Source of the DNA: a virus
Lineage: Duplodnaviria; Caudoviricetes
Length of the DNA stretch: 37,134 nt
IMG/VR virus record: IMGVR_UViG_3300008007_000037
Location: 1 to 37,134 of that record
Direction: 5' to 3' (one strand)
A program made the translations under genes and the position numbers. The notes beneath the pieces were generated by a model. The model did no database searches, was not told the origin of the DNA, and was given only the letters and a program-made list of their open reading frames with translations. How positions within the stretch are numbered: the first letter of the stretch is position 1; each line of letters opens with the position of its first letter. Below are positions 17,508-23,637 of this stretch, piece by piece.

Positions 17508-17571
17508 AGATAACAGCACCTAAATCGCCATGCCCTGTGGGACACAGGCGTTTAGCTGCATCACGTTCTCT
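17508..17571 (+). repeat. attC-like site 10 (short, about 60 bp)
   Basis: AAC 17512; arms GCACCTAAATCGCC / GGCGTTTAGCTGC; GTT 17565. Confidence 0.8.
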
Positions 17572-17602
17572 GCAAGTGCTACAATCCTGCTAAAACAGAA
17601 CA

Positions 17603-17839
17603 TTATCCCTCCGAATCTTTTTCTTTTCTTTCCTCCCCCGCACTCAAAAACGAAATAGCTTTTTCAGCTACTTGCTTTTGATTTTCAATTACAGGTAGCA
17701 ACTTAGCTTTTGATGCTTCTGTCATTCGCTGATCCCCGTTCAGCATCATGTTAAGGAAGCGGATGTTGATACCCGCTTCCTTGCAAATTCCTGACTTGTT
17801 GATACCAGGCTGATCGAAAAATTCTTGGACCTCTTTCAT
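17603..17839 (-). CDS. HTH DNA-binding protein
   Basis: INKSGICKEAGINIRFLNMMLNG XRE-like HTH. Confidence 0.72.
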   Translation of the reverse strand: MKEVQEFFDQPGINKSGICKEAGINIRFLNMMLNGDQRMTEASKAKLLPVIENQKQVAEKAISFLSAGEERKEKDSEG

Positions 17840-17879
17840 CTCCCAGTTGTATTGTGTTCGGGAAGTTGTGTTGCGTTAC

Positions 17880-18068
17880 CTAAATAGCGTGTTTATCTAT
17901 TTCGGCTGCATAGTATTGTTTCACTTTTATTCCGAGCTTCTGCAATGCTAATTGTCCGCAACTCATACCGTCAAACCGCGATAACACGGTAATTCCTTCG
18001 GCTTCTGAAAAGCCGTTTTTGCCACCGCTTGAATTGATAATTATAATGTCGTATTCGTGCAAATTCAT
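17880..18068 (-). pseudogene. Chimeric remnant: PAPS-reductase-like N-terminus fused to a C5 DNA methyltransferase motif I fragment
   Basis: YDIIIINSSGGK then ITVLSRFDGMSCGQLAL...YYAAEIDKHAI*. Confidence 0.7.
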
Positions 18069-18150
18069 AATAGTGAAAACTATTTATTATTTGATTCCTA
18101 TTTTTTACTGTTTACCCCATAAAGTAAGCCAAAATGTGGCTTTTTACGAA

Positions 18151-18457
18151 TGTCGGATGAACATTGTGCTAAAATACACTTAAACAATTGATTTACATAT
18201 ACTTTAACATTAAAAACCAGCCGACAAAATCCGACATGTACAAACTTAAACAATTGTTTAACAGTGTTTTGCGCTTGTCGCGTTCCGACAAATTTTGTCG
18301 GAAATTTCCGACAAAATTTGTCGGATTTGTCGGACGTTAATTTACTGATTTTCAATTTAATTGATGTTAATTTGTCGGATTTTGTCGGCTGCATTTCGTT
18401 GTTTTTTGTAGGTTTTACGGGCTTTTCAGGCGTTTTTATGCGTTTTTCAATCCGACA
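18151..18457. repeat. Cluster of 11 CCGACA/TGTCGG hexamers; candidate replication origin
   Basis: Copies at 18151, 18221, 18231, 18285, 18296, 18308, 18319, 18328, 18373, 18383, 18452 in AT-rich DNA next to the replication gene. Confidence 0.75.
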
Positions 18458-18506
18458 TTCGGTATTTGTAACATTTTAATATTTGAACTTTGGATTGCTA
18501 AATGCA

Positions 18507-19898
18507 TTATTCATTCTTTGCTCCAAACACTTTTGGATAGTCTTGAATGGCTTTTTTCACTAAGCGCTCTGCACGCTTCTCTTTGGCGTTATCTGTGATT
18601 TTTACACGCTCATAGAGCTTTTCTCCGATCATGGCATAGCTATATCCAGCCTTTACCATCGATGCCAGGCGCAGCACTTCTGCTGGTGCTACTACGGTGG
18701 TATTTACACGCTCATATACTGTGGCGGCACTCTCGTAGAAATAGTCTGCAAGCTGCAGCGCTCTATCCATGGTTTGCTCACTTATTTCGCCATCTTCAAA
18801 CGCATGGTGGTTATAGGCTAAATCACTCACGTGGAGTATTCCTGCAAATCTTCTGGCATATTCGCTTATTTTACCCAATATACCTGAGTGTATTTCCATA
18901 TCACGCACATCGCGCATGTGGTTTATTTTACTAATGCGCATTCTGCGCCACGTTTCCAGTGCTTTTGATGCTCGCCTATCCATAGTAAGCATGCGCGGAT
19001 CATCATATTCATTTTCTACATAAAGTGCCTTGTAAAGTTGCTCTATACGTTTGGTGTGTATTTGCTCTAACTCTTCTTCAAAAACATAGCTGCTGTCTGG
19101 TTGGGCTATTTTCACCTTTTCTGGCACCGCAAATAGCAGTCTGAAAATGAAACCAGTGGTATCTCTGTCATTTTTAAAGAGCTTGTACATAATAGTGGGC
19201 TGAATACCACCAACTACATTGATGAATGGTCTAGGAATAGAGAATTTCTCCTTTCCGGATCTGATACCGGAATACGGTCTGCAGTTCCAAGCTGACAAAT
19301 AAAACTGCTCATCTGTGCCCTCTTTTCGGCTGAGCTGGTTCATACCGTTGATCCACTCCAATATTTCGTCTGCTATCTTAGTTACGCCTTTTGGATTGTC
19401 TGGCATCACACTTCTTACCAAGGTGCTAATGTGCACATCGCGCACCACGGCTGTCATCAATCGCTCATATTTCAAGTCTTCACGCGATAAATTATCATCA
19501 TCTTGCTTTTCTTTCCACTGGCGATCATACTTTTCTTGAATGCTATACAGTGGCTTCAAAATCATATCCATTGCCAATGATTTACCAGAGCTTGAAATAC
19601 CCTCTAAACAACCCCAAATTGGTAAATAGGTTAAGTTTTGGCTCTGCTTCACCGCGTATGATGTGCCTATGGCGCTGCTATAAGCTGTAAGCATGCTCAA
19701 TCCTACATAAGCGCGTGGTAAATCATAATGCTCAATCAAGGCTTGCATATATGGCTGTATAGCTTTGTGAAACACATCTATCGGAAATACATTTTCGAGC
19801 TGGCGCTTTTCAAGCTCAGCGGCTAAATCTTGTGTGCTGATGGTTGCGGCTGCGTTGCTGCCTTTAAAATGGTCTTGTATGTTTATTACAGTATTCAC
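18507..19898 (-). CDS. DUF3987/YfjI-like P-loop ATPase (replication helicase-like)
   Basis: FPIDVF N-terminus, Walker A GISSSGKS, Walker B IADEI, VVGGIQP, GFIFRLLF. Confidence 0.8.
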   Translation of the reverse strand: MNTVINIQDHFKGSNAAATISTQDLAAELEKRQLENVFPIDVFHKAIQPYMQALIEHYDLPRAYVGLSMLTAYSSAIGTSYAVKQSQNLTYLPIWGCLEGISSSGKSLAMDMILKPLYSIQEKYDRQWKEKQDDDNLSREDLKYERLMTAVVRDVHISTLVRSVMPDNPKGVTKIADEILEWINGMNQLSRKEGTDEQFYLSAWNCRPYSGIRSGKEKFSIPRPFINVVGGIQPTIMYKLFKNDRDTTGFIFRLLFAVPEKVKIAQPDSSYVFEEELEQIHTKRIEQLYKALYVENEYDDPRMLTMDRRASKALETWRRMRISKINHMRDVRDMEIHSGILGKISEYARRFAGILHVSDLAYNHHAFEDGEISEQTMDRALQLADYFYESAATVYERVNTTVVAPAEVLRLASMVKAGYSYAMIGEKLYERVKITDNAKEKRAERLVKKAIQDYPKVFGAKNE

Positions 19899-20698
19899 AG
19901 TTTTAGTGCTTCAAGTTGGGTTAATAATGGTTGGTGATCTTTGGTTGGATTTAGCAGTTTAAGCATGGCGCTCACCAAAATGCGCATGCCTGTTTTGCTG
20001 CGGCTGTCAAGCATAGCCACTTCGCTGGCTCTGTTTAGCATGTGCTGCACTTTGTTTCTGTTTGCAATCAATCTCACGCGGCTGTTGATCAATCGATTTA
20101 GCTCTGTAAACTCGGCCAGCTCCATTTCTAGTTCTGCTTTCTCATAGAAACTCACAGCTTTGTCTATCGATTCAAAAATGGCGTTGCTATCATTGAATAT
20201 ATCGCTGATAAAATCAAGGTACTTTTCTCTGGCCAGCGCTTCTGTTGGACTGATAGCCGCATTCGTCAGCATTTTCATGAGCGCACTTCTGCAGTTTTCA
20301 ATTGCTTTTTTGGCAGCTGTGTAAAAATCTTCTTGCAGTAGAACAAATGCGTGAAAACTAGCATTGCTCACCAAAAACAAATCGTGTTTGCAAATAGCAG
20401 CCAGGTCATAAGCAAGCATGGCGCCAGCATTAGCTATGGCTGCGTTGTTCATGGCAATGGTTAGCGATAGCACATTTACCGGCTCGGCTGCCCAAAGCTT
20501 AATAATGCAGTTGTAAACCACACTAAGCGCCACACTGCCACCAGATATTGATGGCAGTTTGTGCTTAAAGTTATTTGCAGATAACACATCGGCAACAGAC
20601 GCAATACATTCAGGATGTTTTAGCATGAGGCAGATCATGTTTAGCTCATAATCTTGTCGCAGTTCGGGCGCTATTTGGTGAAAATCAAGCTGAGACAC
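19895..20698 (-). CDS. Protein with DnaB-helicase N-terminal-like domain
   Basis: ELNMICLMLKHPECIASVADVLSANNF...VYNCIIKL...PVNVLSL pattern; no ATPase domain. Confidence 0.55.
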   Translation of the reverse strand: MSQLDFHQIAPELRQDYELNMICLMLKHPECIASVADVLSANNFKHKLPSISGGSVALSVVYNCIIKLWAAEPVNVLSLTIAMNNAAIANAGAMLAYDLAAICKHDLFLVSNASFHAFVLLQEDFYTAAKKAIENCRSALMKMLTNAAISPTEALAREKYLDFISDIFNDSNAIFESIDKAVSFYEKAELEMELAEFTELNRLINSRVRLIANRNKVQHMLNRASEVAMLDSRSKTGMRILVSAMLKLLNPTKDHQPLLTQLEALKL

Positions 20699-20703
20699 GA
20701 GCG

Positions 20704-20817
20704 TTAGATTCTGCTTGATGGCTGCGGCTTCACAACCCTTCTGGTTTGTGTTTTTCTGTTGTCAAGAATGGCTTGCACCATATCTGTAGAAAATAGTATT
20801 GGCCGTGATTTAGCCAT
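20704..20817 (-). pseudogene. 37-aa remnant of an ASCH-like phage protein (not in ORF track)
   Basis: [33 protein letters not shown] is the characteristic N-terminus, then an immediate stop. Confidence 0.7.
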
Positions 20818-20849
20818 AGTATAAATTAATTAAGGTGTTACTAAAAAAT

Positions 20850-21233
20850 TTACTTGGGCATGTAGGTATTGCAGCTTTTGCAAAAGCTCTCAAATGCGTG
20901 GTTTTCTGTCTGGCAATACAGGCATTGCTTAGATTCAATTTCATCAAATATTGATTTCCAATTGGGCAAATTCACATTCATCATGCCCTTAAATTCATTG
21001 TCATCAAGTATTTGATTTTTAAAATGCTCTACCGGTAGATTTAGTACATACAAGTACTTTTGAACCAAAATGCAGTAGTCATTAAAAATCATTGAAAAAC
21101 CCTCTATCGTTTTCGCTTTTGACGAATCTGCTTTACACTTTGTGATGCTCACTTTCAATGCTGTTTTCGCATCACTTTCGTTTATTTTGGCCGTAAGTAT
21201 TGGCATAGGATCGTACTTTAAATTACGCAGCAT
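20850..21233 (-). CDS. Hypothetical protein with C-terminal zinc ribbon
   Basis: CLYCQTEN...FCKSCN. Confidence 0.7.
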   Translation of the reverse strand: MLRNLKYDPMPILTAKINESDAKTALKVSITKCKADSSKAKTIEGFSMIFNDYCILVQKYLYVLNLPVEHFKNQILDDNEFKGMMNVNLPNWKSIFDEIESKQCLYCQTENHAFESFCKSCNTYMPK

Positions 21234-21567
21234 TGGTTCTCCATTTTTGCATGGTTTTATACTCAGAAGATCTCTCTGCTTTCCTTATCGCAAACTGAAC
21301 GTCTACAGGCATACGCATTAAACTTTGGTCGCCTCTTTCGTTTTGCTCCATAACAAACGGGCCATTATACATCCACTCATACATCAAGTCTTTTGCATCT
21401 TGATCGCTAATGCGAAATGCGTAGCGGCCATTTTTTTGCCAACCTTCTGTTTCAGGTTCTGGTGATGATACCACCATGTTTTTTTTGTTAAGCCAAATGC
21501 ATTGAAAGCCAATGTTTAGCCATATCTGTTGGCCATAAGGCACTAATGTGATCCAGTTACTTTTCAT
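21223..21567 (-). CDS. Hypothetical early protein
   Basis: ORF in tightly packed early operon. Confidence 0.7.
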   Translation of the reverse strand: MKSNWITLVPYGQQIWLNIGFQCIWLNKKNMVVSSPEPETEGWQKNGRYAFRISDQDAKDLMYEWMYNGPFVMEQNERGDQSLMRMPVDVQFAIRKAERSSEYKTMQKWRTNAA

Positions 21568-21573
21568 GGTATA

Positions 21574-21840
21574 TTAATTAGAGGTAAGTCTGTTAAATTC
21601 TTGATGTAATTGAGGTCCGCATTTGCTATCCATGCCTGGCAATAAATCAGCAATTTCACTGCGGTATTTTCTAATCATGTTAAGCGCACCATGTTCAGGC
21701 GCATTTTTATAGGCATCTACCCAAGCCTTTAATGGCTTAAGCTTTTGATGCATTTCAGCCTCATTTTTCAGGCTTTTGCCAGTGCGCAATAAGTAGGCGC
21801 GCACTTTCACTACTGTTTTCAAAAATTGCAGTGCTGTCAT
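21574..21840 (-). CDS. Hypothetical early protein
   Basis: ORF in tightly packed early operon. Confidence 0.7.
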   Translation of the reverse strand: MTALQFLKTVVKVRAYLLRTGKSLKNEAEMHQKLKPLKAWVDAYKNAPEHGALNMIRKYRSEIADLLPGMDSKCGPQLHQEFNRLTSN

Positions 21841-21843
21841 GGC

Positions 21844-22074
21844 TCAGTCTATTATGAGATTCAACCTATCGTTGCGCAAATCATTCAGCTTCAACCAATA
21901 ATTGTTTGGTATCATCCAATCGGTGAGTGGTTTAAAATCTTCGCTAAAAGATTCTTTCACCAAAGCGCGCATTTCAACACGCATTTTGCTCCAATTTAAT
22001 CTGCGTTGTGTCTTTACAATGGCGTAACCCGAGTCTATTACTTTGGCCACGTTTTCGGTAGTGAAAATGTCCAT
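21844..22074 (-). CDS. Hypothetical early protein
   Basis: ORF in tightly packed early operon. Confidence 0.65.
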   Translation of the reverse strand: MDIFTTENVAKVIDSGYAIVKTQRRLNWSKMRVEMRALVKESFSEDFKPLTDWMIPNNYWLKLNDLRNDRLNLIID

Positions 22075-22087
22075 GGTATTTGAGGTA

Positions 22088-22360
22088 TTAATAGATATCA
22101 GTTTCAGTGAGCGCAGATAGCTGCTCTACTTTTAGTAATTGGCTCATGTGAGCATTATGGTGCGCTTCTCTGTTTTCGAGCGCACGTGTAAGCAATGCGC
22201 TTAAAATGTCTTCTGAATAAGCATCATGATCATTAACATCAAGCACTCGCGTTACATATGTTCTGCTCACGCCATACTCGCTGGCAATGTCTGCTTTATC
22301 GCCACGTTTTAGGTTTTTATTGATTAGATCAATGTGTTCTGGTGTAAATGAATTTTGCAT
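22088..22360 (-). CDS. Cro-like HTH regulator, first gene of early operon
   Basis: RGDKADIASEYGVSRTYVTRVL HTH; divergent from a repressor-like ORF. Confidence 0.75.
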   Translation of the reverse strand: MQNSFTPEHIDLINKNLKRGDKADIASEYGVSRTYVTRVLDVNDHDAYSEDILSALLTRALENREAHHNAHMSQLLKVEQLSALTETDIY

Positions 22361-22399
22361 TTGGCACGGTTTTATAAGATGGAGTTTGAAGTTTTCCCA

Positions 22400-22442
22400 A
22401 GTAAACTTCTGTAAACTTTCAGTAAACTTTCAGTAAACTTTT
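22400..22442. repeat. Four tandem 10-11 bp repeats (GTAAACTTTCA), candidate operator array
   Basis: GTAAACTT at 22401, 22411, 22422, 22433 between divergent HTH genes. Confidence 0.75.
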
Positions 22443-22574
22443 GACGAAGGTGTTTCAAAAAAGTAACATACGCAAATAAATATTACCATTTTAACCCCAA
22501 TTGAGGTAGTATTTGAATGAAAATATGTTACAAAAACCTAGACAATTCAAGAGTTTTGAGGCAATACACGTACC

Positions 22575-22751
22575 ATGAAAAAAATTCATTTTGGCCACTT
22601 CATCGAACAGCGAATTATGGAACAGCAAGTCACAAAAGGTGAATTTGCTAAACGGCTCGGCATTAATCGTAAGACACTTTGGGATATTGTTAATTAAGAA
22701 ATTGTTGAATGGAATACTCCACTCCTTTTATGTTGCGAAACGAAGAAGTGA
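22575..22751 (+). pseudogene. CI-like XRE repressor interrupted by TAA after 40 codons (not in ORF track)
   Basis: MKKIHFGHFIEQRIMEQQVTKGEFAKRLGINRKTLWDIVN*EIVEWNTPLLLC. Confidence 0.68.
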
Positions 22752-22871
22752 ATAATTTAGGCTTTGAACTTAATTTTACTATACAATTAATGTAACATTT
22801 GAGGTTATTTACGTTACAAATAGTATGCCATGTGTAAAAAATCGAATCAACTGTAAATAAACAAAAACAAA

Positions 22872-22879
22872 TAACTTTG
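22872..22879 (+). promoter_or_regulatory. Host-type -7 box upstream of the lipoprotein gene
   Basis: TAACTTTG 19 nt before ATG 22899. Confidence 0.55.
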
Positions 22880-22898
22880 TTATAATAATTCACACCCA

Positions 22899-23255
22899 AT
22901 GAAATCACATCTTATTACCACCCTCATGGCAGCTATGCTATTAATCGGATGCAGCAAACAAAACACCCAACGCGGCAGCGCTATTTATCTTGTAAAAAGC
23001 AACAAGTCTGGCATTAACGTTACCAACTTTTACCCAGGCTCTGCAAGCCAAACAACTTTTGTAGAAAGCACTTCACTCACTACCGAGTTTAAAGCTAAAA
23101 GCGAAGATCTGCTTTACGTAAGTGTGCAAAGCATACATGAAGATGCATGTGTTACCGCTTGGCTTATATTCAAAGGCGACACCGTTACCAAATCTCGCGT
23201 TTGTGGTAACTATCCTAGCGCCACAGCCATCTATGAAATTCCTTTTGAAGATTAA
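22899..23255 (+). CDS. Lipoprotein (accessory; possible superinfection exclusion)
   Basis: Signal peptide II with lipobox LLIG-C. Confidence 0.75.
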   Translation: MKSHLITTLMAAMLLIGCSKQNTQRGSAIYLVKSNKSGINVTNFYPGSASQTTFVESTSLTTEFKAKSEDLLYVSVQSIHEDACVTAWLIFKGDTVTKSRVCGNYPSATAIYEIPFED

Positions 23256-23265
23256 TGTATTTAAT

Positions 23266-23637
23266 ATGAAGCCAGAAAAAATAAAGCCGATTAAAATGCA
23301 AATTCAATCTTTTCTAGATTTAGATGTGTCTCCACTTTTAGATGTTACCATTCAAAAATTATATGAAGAAATTCATAATAAGCATATGCATAATCTTAAT
23401 GAATTATTCATACTAGCTTTAGAAAAAAAAGGATATACATTCAATGATGATGAAGAATGTAGAAAATTTATAGCAGAACATTGTTCACTTGAAATTGATG
23501 GAAATGATAAGATTTACAGCGTAAATGACACTCCTTTCTTCTTTATTAGAAATAATCACATCGGTAAATTCAATCATTTTGAAACAGAAAGATCCATCAA
23601 GTTTGAAGAAGGATTTTTCGAGTGGCGTTTTTTATAG
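23266..23637 (+). CDS. AT-rich hypothetical protein
   Basis: Start reassigned to ATG 23266 (MKPEKIK) just after the lipoprotein stop. Confidence 0.65.
   Translation: MKPEKIKPIKMQIQSFLDLDVSPLLDVTIQKLYEEIHNKHMHNLNELFILALEKKGYTFNDDEECRKFIAEHCSLEIDGNDKIYSVNDTPFFFIRNNHIGKFNHFETERSIKFEEGFFEWRFL

Larger units (their letters stand above)
13006..17571 (+). mobile_element. Integron-like gene cassette array (about 10 cassettes)
   Basis: Repeated GTT..[body]..AAC units with cassette-specific terminal inverted repeats, separated by imperfect palindromes AAC...GTT. Confidence 0.88.

Noticed and set aside
13006-17571. CRISPR array or simple terminator series as explanation of the repeats
   Set aside because: Repeats are not identical direct repeats with constant spacers. 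They lack U-tracts and have cassette-specific GTT/AAC complementarity around whole genes.
17565-17880. An eleventh cassette/attC (GTTCT..AGAAC body, weak arms around the HTH gene, GTT at 17875)
   Set aside because: Arm pairing is too degenerate to support as a feature; possible but unproven.
18098-18479. ORFs 18098..18394 (-) and 18264..18479 (+) as real proteins
   Set aside because: Their SDK/SD repeats are translations of the CCGACA DNA repeats present on both strands.
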